Below, piece after piece: positions 29,171 to 37,717 of a stretch of 63,419 nt of DNA; within the stretch, counting starts at the first letter, position 1; the number at the start of each line of letters is the position of its first letter. Made by a program: the position numbers and the translations under genes. The notes beneath the pieces were generated by a model that saw nothing but the letters and a program-made list of their open reading frames with translations, had not been told where the DNA came from and did no database searches. The stretch is from an uncultured bacterium (GTDB lineage: Bacteria > Bacillota > Clostridia > Christensenellales > UBA1242): contig CASLXJ010000001.1 of the NCBI GenBank assembly GCA_949398915.1, forward strand, positions 1 to 63,419, in the 5' to 3' direction.

Positions 29171-29830
29171 ATGTCATTTTATATAAATAATACAAATCCC
29201 AACAGACCGGGACCAATGACAACCAACCCTGTGACTGGGATTTGTGAAAAAGTACTTATTGAGACAACCAAGGTCTTCGATGCCTGCGTTTCTCAAACCA
29301 CTGAAACGGGAATAGTGCTTACATTAAGTGGTTTCAATCCAGAAAACCCTGCCCTTCCGCTGACATACATTTCAGCAGAAAATCAGGTTGGAAATCCACC
29401 AACAGTGTCAGACATTGTAATAGACAGAATTGACAATTCACCAAACTATGCAAATGTGTCAATGACAATCACCATTCCAGTGACTGTGACTTACAGAGAT
29501 GCGAATGGCGTAATTGGCACAGCAAGCTCAAGCATCACCGTGCAAAAATGCAGCATGCTGTTTGTTCCACAGCCATCACTTTCTCCAGTCGACATCAAAG
29601 TAAATGCAATTTTCTCAAGCCAAATCGGCACCTTCACAAGCGAGAATACATTTACCGTAACTGGTTGCATTCAAATTTTAATAAAGGTAACTGCAGTTGT
29701 TGACTTATTGGTTCCATCTTATGGCTATCCAGTAATACCACCTTGTCAAGCCTGCCAAAGCGGTAGAGTTTGCCCAGCTCTTGACGACCTGCCATTGTAT
29801 CCAACAGCAGCATCAACAACCAGGGTCTAA
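29171..29830 (+). CDS. Hypothetical protein (possibly spore-associated)
   Basis: RBS GAGGAGG. 219 aa, T/S/P/V-rich with conserved Cys residues. A CATATATA element upstream resembles mother-cell sigma -10 boxes. The function call is speculative. Confidence 0.45.
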   Translation: MSFYINNTNPNRPGPMTTNPVTGICEKVLIETTKVFDACVSQTTETGIVLTLSGFNPENPALPLTYISAENQVGNPPTVSDIVIDRIDNSPNYANVSMTITIPVTVTYRDANGVIGTASSSITVQKCSMLFVPQPSLSPVDIKVNAIFSSQIGTFTSENTFTVTGCIQILIKVTAVVDLLVPSYGYPVIPPCQACQSGRVCPALDDLPLYPTAASTTRV

Positions 29831-29940
29831 AATTAAAATTTTTAAAAAAAACATTAAAAATCACGGAAAAAGCTTAAATTCCGTGTTTTTTATTGATTTT
29901 TATATCGTTTTTAAATAATTATCATCCTTAAACGCATTTG

Positions 29941-30717
29941 TCAAAGTGTTTTAAAAGCTTGACTGACCACCTCTTTTATATCAAATCTTTCAACCCTTTT
30001 ACCATTTAAATGCAGCAGATATTCAATGTTGCCGCTTCCACCTTTAATAGACGAAAAGGTCAAATCTGACAAAACCCAGTCGTACAATTCAATCTCTTCC
30101 GCCATTTCAAGCAACAGCTTCTCATGCACTTTCTTATCTTTAATTACACCCCTATATTTATTTGCAATCGTCCTGCCGCATTCAAACTGAGGCTTAAAAA
30201 GAAGCACACATTCCACCTTACCAAAAAGCTGATTAAGCTTTGGAAAAATATGCTTAAGCGAGATGAACGAAAGGTCTCCAATAACAAGCTGCGTGCCTTC
30301 AACCTCCTCATAATTTAAGGCTCGAACATCCATTCCTTCCAAATTAACAACCCTCTCATCCGCTACAAGAGTTTTGTCAAGCTCTCCCTTTCCTACATCC
30401 ACCGCATAAACTTTCCTTGCGCCATTTTCAAGTGCCACCTGTGTAAAGCCACCCGTTGAAGCACCAATATCAGTCACGATAATATCATCAAAATTAAGTT
30501 TGAATTTTTCTATAACACCCAAAAGTTTAAACGCACCCCTTGATACATAGGTCTTGTGCGGAAGAATTTCAACATTCGCCTCGTCATGAACAACAAAAGA
30601 AGGTTTGTCAACAAAAACCCCGTCCACTTTAACAAGCCCTTCATCAATCAATGCCTTTGCTTTATTTCTTGAAATGCCGATTTTCTCAGCCACAAATATA
30701 TCAATTCGTTTATTCAT
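29941..30717 (-). CDS. tlyA: TlyA-family rRNA 2'-O-methyltransferase
   Basis: N-terminal S4 domain (RIDIFVAEKIGISRNKAKALI) plus an FtsJ-like SAM motif DIGASTGGFT. Confidence 0.85.
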   Translation of the reverse strand: MNKRIDIFVAEKIGISRNKAKALIDEGLVKVDGVFVDKPSFVVHDEANVEILPHKTYVSRGAFKLLGVIEKFKLNFDDIIVTDIGASTGGFTQVALENGARKVYAVDVGKGELDKTLVADERVVNLEGMDVRALNYEEVEGTQLVIGDLSFISLKHIFPKLNQLFGKVECVLLFKPQFECGRTIANKYRGVIKDKKVHEKLLLEMAEEIELYDWVLSDLTFSSIKGGSGNIEYLLHLNGKRVERFDIKEVVSQAFKTL

Positions 30718-30907
30718 AGCCCTATTTTAAACAATTTCACACAAGAAATCAAACTTTTAAAGAAAAATAAAATAAACTCAATTTTTAAAAGCTCTTTATT
30801 ATAAAAACGTATCAGCAAAAAACAAAAAAGCAAGTCGTCTTTTAAATAAATAAACCTTTACTTTTAATATATTATTTGATATACTAGAAAAAGGTAAAGG
30901 AGATAAA

Positions 30908-31213
30908 ATGAAAATAACAGTAACTATCAGAAACTTAAGCCAGCAGGTATATCTTACTCTTAATGATGAAAAAAATGAAGCAATGCTTGGCGGCAAACCA
31001 ATTCAATTGGAAGTTGCACCATTTGCAAGCCGACTTCTCACCATTGTTTCTTCATGGGAAGAGAGAATGGTAAATGACTTTATCATTGACGGCGAAGAAT
31101 ATTCTGTAAAAATTGAAAAAGATGGAAAAACCTATCTTTATGAAGGCAGAAACAAGTTTCCAAGAAACTATCGTGATTTCATCAATCTTCTCAGAAGTGC
31201 AAATATATGCTAA
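30908..31213 (+). CDS. Hypothetical small protein, first gene of a 3-gene operon
   Basis: RBS AAGGAG. The stop overlaps the start of the next gene (ATATGCTAA), implying translational coupling. Confidence 0.5.
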   Translation: MKITVTIRNLSQQVYLTLNDEKNEAMLGGKPIQLEVAPFASRLLTIVSSWEERMVNDFIIDGEEYSVKIEKDGKTYLYEGRNKFPRNYRDFINLLRSANIC

Positions 31214-32892
31214 AACACGGTCTCGAAGGCGTCAATCTTAATAATCCGATTGAAAATAAACTGCCTTCGGTAATTGAATATTTTGTTAAAGTTTATGGCG
31301 AAAAGTATCGCGAGCGTATCACCACCCGCTTAAATGACACCATATTCGTTTTTGTTGACCAGTATTTTACAAACAGAATAAAAGATATTGAAAACCACTT
31401 TGAAGAATTAAGATTTAATCTGCTAAGCAAATTCAAACAAAAATCAATTATCAACTTTTCAAGCCTTACAAAACCACAACTTGACCAGTTGGATGTGTGG
31501 CAAAAAAATATTGACGAAACAGAAATCGAAAATGTAAAAAACTTTTTAAAGCATTTTGTAGCTGTCAACTCATATCAACTAAAAACAGCCCTGCAAAAAG
31601 GCTATGAAAAAGACCTTTGCAATTTCTTAGCTGACATAAATGATTTCTATCATAAAGAAGTCAAAAAAGATTTGGAATATCTTGAAAATGAACAAGAAAA
31701 ATTTCTTGCTCTTCCGCTTGATGATTTTTCAGTCAACCGCATAGAAAATTCATATAATTTGGACTTGACACGAATGCTTTACAAAAACATTGTAAGTCAA
31801 TTTGCTATTCCAGACAACGAGGAAAATGAGAGTTTACTCTTGCCTTTTCTTCCAGCTTACCACAAAGCAATTAAGACCAATCAAGAATACTTTTCTTCTC
31901 AAGAGCGAGACGCGCTTTTAGATTTTTTCAAAGTCGTGGATAAATTATCAAATGACGATTTCTCAGATAATAAAAGCTTCTATGATTATCTTCAAGACAA
32001 AAATTTTAAAAACAAACTCTTTGGTCGTGAATTTAAAAGAAATCTTAATGCTTTGAAATCAGAAAAAGATATAAAACTCACCCCTATTTTATGTGACCGC
32101 ATTAAAAACACCCAACCACTCTATGACGAAGAGTTTGTTTTTCAAGATGATATATTACAAAGAATAAGCGAATTTAGCAATACTCCATCTATTGGTCAGC
32201 GTTCAGCAGCCTTTATATTTCCAGGACTGTCTTACAGCGATCTTGAAAAAACAAGAAACATCTGCGTTTGCGGAAGTTTCTTCAATCTTTACGACTCAAA
32301 TATCATTCATGAAATGAACCATATAATAGAGTCAGACTATTCACTTAAAAATGCCATCTTTTATCAAAAGACTGGTTTTGACATAAACAACACCCCTCTT
32401 GGAAGAGGTGCGGCAAGCTCAAACAATTGCCTATTATTAAACGAAACCATAAACGACTATCTTTCTTTGAAAGTGCTTAAACTTATGGAAAATGATGATT
32501 TTAAAATAGGTCATAAGACTTTAATAAACTCAACCTACTCAAAAGCATTTCCCCTTATTGAAGACTTTATTGAAGAAAACTTAAATGAAATAATTGACAG
32601 CCGCATGAGCGAAAATCCAATGTCTTTCGCTGAAAAAATTGGTTTAGACAACTTTAATGCTCTTTCAAAAGCAGTTGATACTTTCTTAAATCTCGCAAAG
32701 GTTTATTCTATAGAAAGTGCCTCTCAAGAATTGAAAGAAAAAACAGGGCAAACTGAAATTGATATGTTTTCAATTGAAACAAACCCAAATTTCAGCAATG
32801 CAACAAATCTCTTAATAAACTGCTTTCAAAATGTAAAAGAAATTAAAGAAAGAATTTCATCAACACAAATAGACACAGAAAATGAAATTTAA
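31207..32892 (+). CDS. Uncharacterised HExxH (gluzincin-like) protein, paralog A
   Basis: IHEMNHIIESD followed ~50 aa later by LLNETINDY, resembling the thermolysin-type NExxSD third-ligand motif. No signal peptide. N-terminus is nearly identical in pattern to paralog B. Confidence 0.6.
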   Translation: MLKHGLEGVNLNNPIENKLPSVIEYFVKVYGEKYRERITTRLNDTIFVFVDQYFTNRIKDIENHFEELRFNLLSKFKQKSIINFSSLTKPQLDQLDVWQKNIDETEIENVKNFLKHFVAVNSYQLKTALQKGYEKDLCNFLADINDFYHKEVKKDLEYLENEQEKFLALPLDDFSVNRIENSYNLDLTRMLYKNIVSQFAIPDNEENESLLLPFLPAYHKAIKTNQEYFSSQERDALLDFFKVVDKLSNDDFSDNKSFYDYLQDKNFKNKLFGREFKRNLNALKSEKDIKLTPILCDRIKNTQPLYDEEFVFQDDILQRISEFSNTPSIGQRSAAFIFPGLSYSDLEKTRNICVCGSFFNLYDSNIIHEMNHIIESDYSLKNAIFYQKTGFDINNTPLGRGAASSNNCLLLNETINDYLSLKVLKLMENDDFKIGHKTLINSTYSKAFPLIEDFIEENLNEIIDSRMSENPMSFAEKIGLDNFNALSKAVDTFLNLAKVYSIESASQELKEKTGQTEIDMFSIETNPNFSNATNLLINCFQNVKEIKERISSTQIDTENEI

Positions 32893-32925
32893 AAACACAA
32901 AAAACAATCTATAAAAGGACAAAAT

Positions 32926-34767
32926 ATGATTAAGCACGGAATAGAAAACATAAATTTAAATAATCCACTTGAAAATAAGCTGCCAAAGGTTATTGATTAT
33001 TTTGTCAAATTCTATGGAGAAAAGTATAGAACAAGAATAACCGAGCGTCTCAACAATGCGACCTATATTTTCACAGAGACTGTTGGCTCACTTAATTCTT
33101 ATTACTATTTAAAAGATTATTTTGAAAACAAAAATGAAGAAGTTGCAGCGCAATTCTTTAAGAACATCGGCTGCGAACATCAACCTTTTCTTTACATGTT
33201 TTTGGACTGGAAAAATTGGCAGAACAGTGTAAAAAACTATGGCTCTACATCTATCCCTTTAAATAAAAATTTAAGCACTCTTCTTGCCAGCTATCTTAAA
33301 CTTGATGACTGCTCGCAACAAGATAAAGATGAGCTTATTCACCTATTTTTACTTGATAAGAAAAACAATATAAAAATACAAAAATACCTTGCAAAAAGTG
33401 AGGCTTTATTCAACAAAATATATAAGCCTCAATTTGAATATTTGCAGAAAGAATATGCTCGAATTTCCCCACCTTTCAAAGAAAATTTTGATAAATTATC
33501 AAAAATTCGTCAAAATTTCAGTGAAAAACGCTTAATTTTGTTAAAAAATCATATTTCTCAAACTTTTGATATAGATTTTAATAAACCCGAGCTTAATGAA
33601 ATCGCTGAAATATTAGAGCTGTTTTTAAGTAAAGGCAGATTTGAATTTAATAAAGAAAAATCTCTCAAACTTTTTCAGTTTGTAACAAAACAAAATGATA
33701 ATAAAACAAGTTTTGACGAGTTTATCAATGACAAAAATTTATTGAGCAAGATAAGAAATGAAGCAGTAATCAAAGAATTTTCAACACTTGTAAAAGAAGA
33801 AAATGAGGAAATTCTTTCAAACAATGCTGAATATATTCATTTAAAAGAAATTTTGGAAAATGATGACATTTATCAAGGTGACATATTAGCAACTCTTGGT
33901 GACTATATCACAAAGGCTGGCAATGTAATGGCTTATATTGACCACACTTTCAAATATTCATCACCTTACCAGCCTTATGCAATCTGCGTGCTTCCTGCCA
34001 CATTTTGCCTCGACAATGAAACTCTAGTGCATGAGCTTAATCATATTATTGAATCTGACATAATCTACAATACCCAATTTGAAATGACTATGCGATGCGG
34101 CATTTGCCCAAGCGTGTTGAATAAAAATTTCAACACCACTTATGGCAGTCGCGAATTTAACATGTTGAATGAAGTAATCAACGATTACATTGCAATAAAA
34201 ATCAACAAATTGATGGCTAAGGACGGATTTACAATTGGCCTGCATAAACATATAAAATCAGTTTTTGCATACGCGTTTCCACTTTTAAGCGAGTTTATCG
34301 AAGATAATTGGGATGCTTTGATAGAATGCCGAATGGGTGACGCTGCGCTGGAAGAACGCTTTGACATGAACGATATTGCTTCACTTGCAAGAGTCACTAC
34401 AGAATTTCTTTTAATCAACGACAAAGACAATATTTTAAAAGAGATTGAAAGCAAAACATTTAAAGGCGTCAATATATTTGACATCCTTGACAACGATGAG
34501 CTTGAGCTTAGCAACGATGCAAAGAATTATGTAAATTGCTATCGACAAGTCAGCTACTCAACCAATAAGTTGAAACTGACAAAGATTAAATTAAGTAAGA
34601 CAAACCCTACTTCAAACAAAACAAATCCTGTTTCAAGCAAAACCTCTTCAACAATTAAAGCCGAAATTCCACAAGGCCTAAATAACGCAAAACGCAAAAC
34701 AGTATCTCAAGTGCTTGAAGAACGCAGGCGAGAGCGTGAAAACGCGTCTGATTATTCAAAATATTAA
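32926..34767 (+). CDS. Uncharacterised HExxH (gluzincin-like) protein, paralog B
   Basis: VHELNHIIESD plus MLNEVINDY. N-terminus MIKHGIENINLNNPLENKLPKVIDYFVKFYGEKYRTRITERLN parallels paralog A. Ser/Thr/Lys-rich C-terminal tail. Confidence 0.6.
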   Translation: MIKHGIENINLNNPLENKLPKVIDYFVKFYGEKYRTRITERLNNATYIFTETVGSLNSYYYLKDYFENKNEEVAAQFFKNIGCEHQPFLYMFLDWKNWQNSVKNYGSTSIPLNKNLSTLLASYLKLDDCSQQDKDELIHLFLLDKKNNIKIQKYLAKSEALFNKIYKPQFEYLQKEYARISPPFKENFDKLSKIRQNFSEKRLILLKNHISQTFDIDFNKPELNEIAEILELFLSKGRFEFNKEKSLKLFQFVTKQNDNKTSFDEFINDKNLLSKIRNEAVIKEFSTLVKEENEEILSNNAEYIHLKEILENDDIYQGDILATLGDYITKAGNVMAYIDHTFKYSSPYQPYAICVLPATFCLDNETLVHELNHIIESDIIYNTQFEMTMRCGICPSVLNKNFNTTYGSREFNMLNEVINDYIAIKINKLMAKDGFTIGLHKHIKSVFAYAFPLLSEFIEDNWDALIECRMGDAALEERFDMNDIASLARVTTEFLLINDKDNILKEIESKTFKGVNIFDILDNDELELSNDAKNYVNCYRQVSYSTNKLKLTKIKLSKTNPTSNKTNPVSSKTSSTIKAEIPQGLNNAKRKTVSQVLEERRRERENASDYSKY

Positions 34768-34898
34768 AAATTATGACAAATTTTGATAAAATTTAACAAA
34801 AAACAGCCATTTTTAAGCAATTTTCACAATTTTGTTTACCAAATGGCTATTTTTTATAACACCCTTTTTCGCCGCATCTGCATTTTAAAAATCAATTT

Positions 34899-35040
34899 AC
34901 AATAAAAAGCACAGACTTTTTCTTGTCAATAAAAAACTACAGACTTATGCCATAACAATAAAAAAAAATAGGCTTATTCCTTAAAAAACACAAGCTTATT
35001 CCATAGCAATAAAAACCACCGGCTTATTCCCAGTGGTTTA
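34899..35040. repeat. Degenerate ~28-30-nt tandem repeats in an intergenic region
   Basis: Units of the form caataaaaa-N5-7-g(a/g)cttat(t/g)cc occur 4-5 times. The last unit forms a hairpin aaccac/gtggtt followed by a T-rich run. Confidence 0.5.
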
Positions 35041-35154
35041 TTTTTATATCTTTTTTAAATATACTGTTAAACTTTTATCCGATTTTTATCTCAATAAATT
35101 GGGCTATATGTTTTAAAGTTGAAACTTTAATAATCATTCCAAACTTACAAAATC

Positions 35155-36786
35155 TTATTCCAAGCTTACAAGATAATAATATACAGGTTGACCACCGCTT
35201 ATAGCAGAGACTTCACATTCTGGATATTTTTCACCAAGAGTAGCAGCCAATTTTTCAGCTTCGTCTTCGCGAATATCTTCGCCATAGAAAAGAGTGATAT
35301 TCATGATTTCTTCACTCATCATGCTTTCAATGAGTTTTTCAGTTGTCTCAGCAACAAGTTTCCCCTTTGCCAAAATTGCCTTATCGTCAAGGCCAATAAT
35401 ATCACCAACATTGAGATCAAAGCCGTCAACATGAGTGTCTCTTACAGCGTAAGTCACAGAGCCAGACTTAACGCCCTTTATCGCGTCGTTCATAGACTCA
35501 GTATTCTCTTCCACACTTCCATCTGGATTGAATGCAATCGCTGCAGAAATTCCCTCTGGAATAGAGCGTGTTGGAATGATAATCAAGTTTTTATTTGTAA
35601 GGTCGTTTGCTTGATTAGCTGCCAAAATAATATTTTTGTTGTTTGGGAAAACAAATACATTTCTTGCTGGGACCTTGTCAGCAGCAGCGGCTATGTCAGC
35701 AGCAGAAGGATTCATGGTTTGTCCGCCTACAATAATCTCGTCAACGCCCAAATCTTTATAAATGGCAGCAAGCCCGTCACCAGGCGCAACAGCAACCATT
35801 CCATGCTCTTTTGTCTCTTCCATGACATTGGCTTTCTTTTTCATCTCTCTGTTTTGCTCTCGCATATTTTCAATCTTAAGATTGTAAAGCTCACCAAGCT
35901 CCAACGCATATTCAAGCGCCTTGTTTGGCTCGTTTGAGTGAACATGCACTTTTACAAGATTGAGGTCACCAATGCAAATGACAGAATCGCCAAGCTCAAC
36001 AAGCTTTTCTCTAAGCTTGTCAATGTCAGCCTCTGTGGTTTTTTTCTTCATGTGGATAATCATATACTCAGTGCAGTATCCAAATTGAATATCACCAAGG
36101 TTGTTGATATCAGCAATGACATCATCAAGAGATTGCTTCTTTTCGTCGTCAAATTGAAATTCGAAATCTTCTTCACCCATAACAAGTTTATAAAAACCTG
36201 TGAAAATAACGATGATTCCGCGACCGCCCGCGTCAACAACGCCCGCCTTCTTAAGCACAGGAAGCATTTCAGGGGTCTGTTTCAAAATTTCTTCACCAAC
36301 CTCTAAAACCTTCTTGAAGAAAACTTCAAAGTCATCACATTTCTTAGCCACGCTCACAGCGTTTTCCGCCATAACCCTTATGACAGTAAGAATTGTGCCC
36401 TCTTTTGGCTTTGTAACCGCTTTGTAGGCAATGTTTGCCCCTTCCTGCATAGCCTTAGCAAAAACCTTAGTAGTGATTTCTTTATGCTTTGCAGTCTCAC
36501 TGCAAAAGCCCTTAAAAATTTGTGAAGTGATTACACCGCTGTTTCCACGAGCCCCTTTCAAAGCCCCTTTGGCAAAAGCGTCACTGAGCGCGTCTAAAGT
36601 GCTTGAAGGGCACTGAGAAACTTCCGCTACGGCTGACTTCATAGTTAAAAACATATTGGTACCAGTGTCACCATCTGGTACAGGAAAAACATTTAAAGAA
36701 TCGACATATTTCTTATTTTGCTCAAGCAAACCTGCGCCGGCAATAACCATCTTGCGAAAGGTTTGTCCATTTATTGACTTAATCAT
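35155..36786 (-). CDS. yloV: DAK2 domain fusion protein YloV
   Basis: DGDTGTNM Dak2 motif near the N-terminus. About 543 aa. Lies immediately downstream of an Asp23/YloU gene, as in other Firmicutes. Confidence 0.85.
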   Translation of the reverse strand: MIKSINGQTFRKMVIAGAGLLEQNKKYVDSLNVFPVPDGDTGTNMFLTMKSAVAEVSQCPSSTLDALSDAFAKGALKGARGNSGVITSQIFKGFCSETAKHKEITTKVFAKAMQEGANIAYKAVTKPKEGTILTVIRVMAENAVSVAKKCDDFEVFFKKVLEVGEEILKQTPEMLPVLKKAGVVDAGGRGIIVIFTGFYKLVMGEEDFEFQFDDEKKQSLDDVIADINNLGDIQFGYCTEYMIIHMKKKTTEADIDKLREKLVELGDSVICIGDLNLVKVHVHSNEPNKALEYALELGELYNLKIENMREQNREMKKKANVMEETKEHGMVAVAPGDGLAAIYKDLGVDEIIVGGQTMNPSAADIAAAADKVPARNVFVFPNNKNIILAANQANDLTNKNLIIIPTRSIPEGISAAIAFNPDGSVEENTESMNDAIKGVKSGSVTYAVRDTHVDGFDLNVGDIIGLDDKAILAKGKLVAETTEKLIESMMSEEIMNITLFYGEDIREDEAEKLAATLGEKYPECEVSAISGGQPVYYYLVSLE

Positions 36787-36794
36787 AAAATCTC

Positions 36795-37145
36795 CTAAAC
36801 TCTTACTCCGACAACATGAACATTGACTGCATCAACAAGCATACCAGTAAAGTTTTCAACGCTGTACTTGACTGACTTGCGAAGTGATTCTGCAACTGCA
36901 CTAATAGAAACACCGTATTTTAAAATACAGTAAACATCAATATAAATTCTGTTGTTGATATGGTTGATCTTAATTCCTTTGGAATAAGATTCTTTTTTAA
37001 ATAATTCTCTGGCACTGTCCACAATGGACTTGCTGACAAGGTCAACGACACCATAGCAGTCGAGTGCAACATAGCCCGCAACAACCCTGATAGAGTTGTC
37101 GGAAATAGAGATATTGCCATAGTAGTTGTTTGTATCGACAGTCAC
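36795..37145 (-). CDS. Asp23/Gls24-family envelope stress protein (YloU-like)
   Basis: 116 aa with the Asp23 pattern (ISDNSIRVVAGYVALDCYGVV ... VNVHVVGV). Confidence 0.8.
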   Translation of the reverse strand: MTVDTNNYYGNISISDNSIRVVAGYVALDCYGVVDLVSKSIVDSARELFKKESYSKGIKINHINNRIYIDVYCILKYGVSISAVAESLRKSVKYSVENFTGMLVDAVNVHVVGVRV

Positions 37146-37440
37146 CTTGCGCTCCTTTTAAAAATTTATCAATAAGCCAAAGCTCGCATTTGCTGTAATA
37201 TATATGCAAAGCAAAGTGCAAATTGACATAGTGCCTATAGTATTTTACAATAAAATTGTGAAAAAAACAACAATTTTTTTGAGATTATTTCAAAAAAGGC
37301 AAAATTTTAAAAACATTTGAAAGTTTTTTTGCCAAAAGAGTTGCTTTTTAAAACAAAAAATGCTATATTAAAGAAAGTCAGCATCACGCAAACCTTGCTG
37401 TTGGTGCAAATTATAATAATATTATATGGAGGTTAAACCA

Positions 37441-37626
37441 ATGAGCAGAGTATGTGAAGTATGCGGCAGAGGCAAAATGACAGGCAAACAAGTTTCTTTC
37501 TCAAATAAGAAATACAACAGAACATATGACCTCAATCTTCAAAAGGTTACAATGGAAGTTGACGGAAAAGAACAAACTGTTAAGGCCTGCACAAAGTGCA
37601 TTAGAACAGCTAAAAAAGCGCAATAA
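37441..37626 (+). CDS. rpmB: 50S ribosomal protein L28
   Basis: MSRVCEVCGRGKMTGKQVSFSNKK is the canonical L28 N-terminus. RBS GGAGGT lies 7 nt upstream of the ATG at 37441. Confidence 0.85.
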   Translation: MSRVCEVCGRGKMTGKQVSFSNKKYNRTYDLNLQKVTMEVDGKEQTVKACTKCIRTAKKAQ

Positions 37627-37647
37627 GAATTTGAATAACAAAAATAA

Positions 37648-37675
37648 AGAGCAGAATTTTATCTGCTCTTTTTTT
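37648..37675. terminator. Bidirectional terminator between rpmB and the DGR target gene
   Basis: Stem agagcaga (37648-37655) / tctgctct (37662-37669) with a T-run downstream and an A-rich run upstream. Confidence 0.65.
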
Positions 37676-37717
37676 GTAACTCAATTGGTTATAAATCTTT
37701 TTTATAAAATCAAAATT

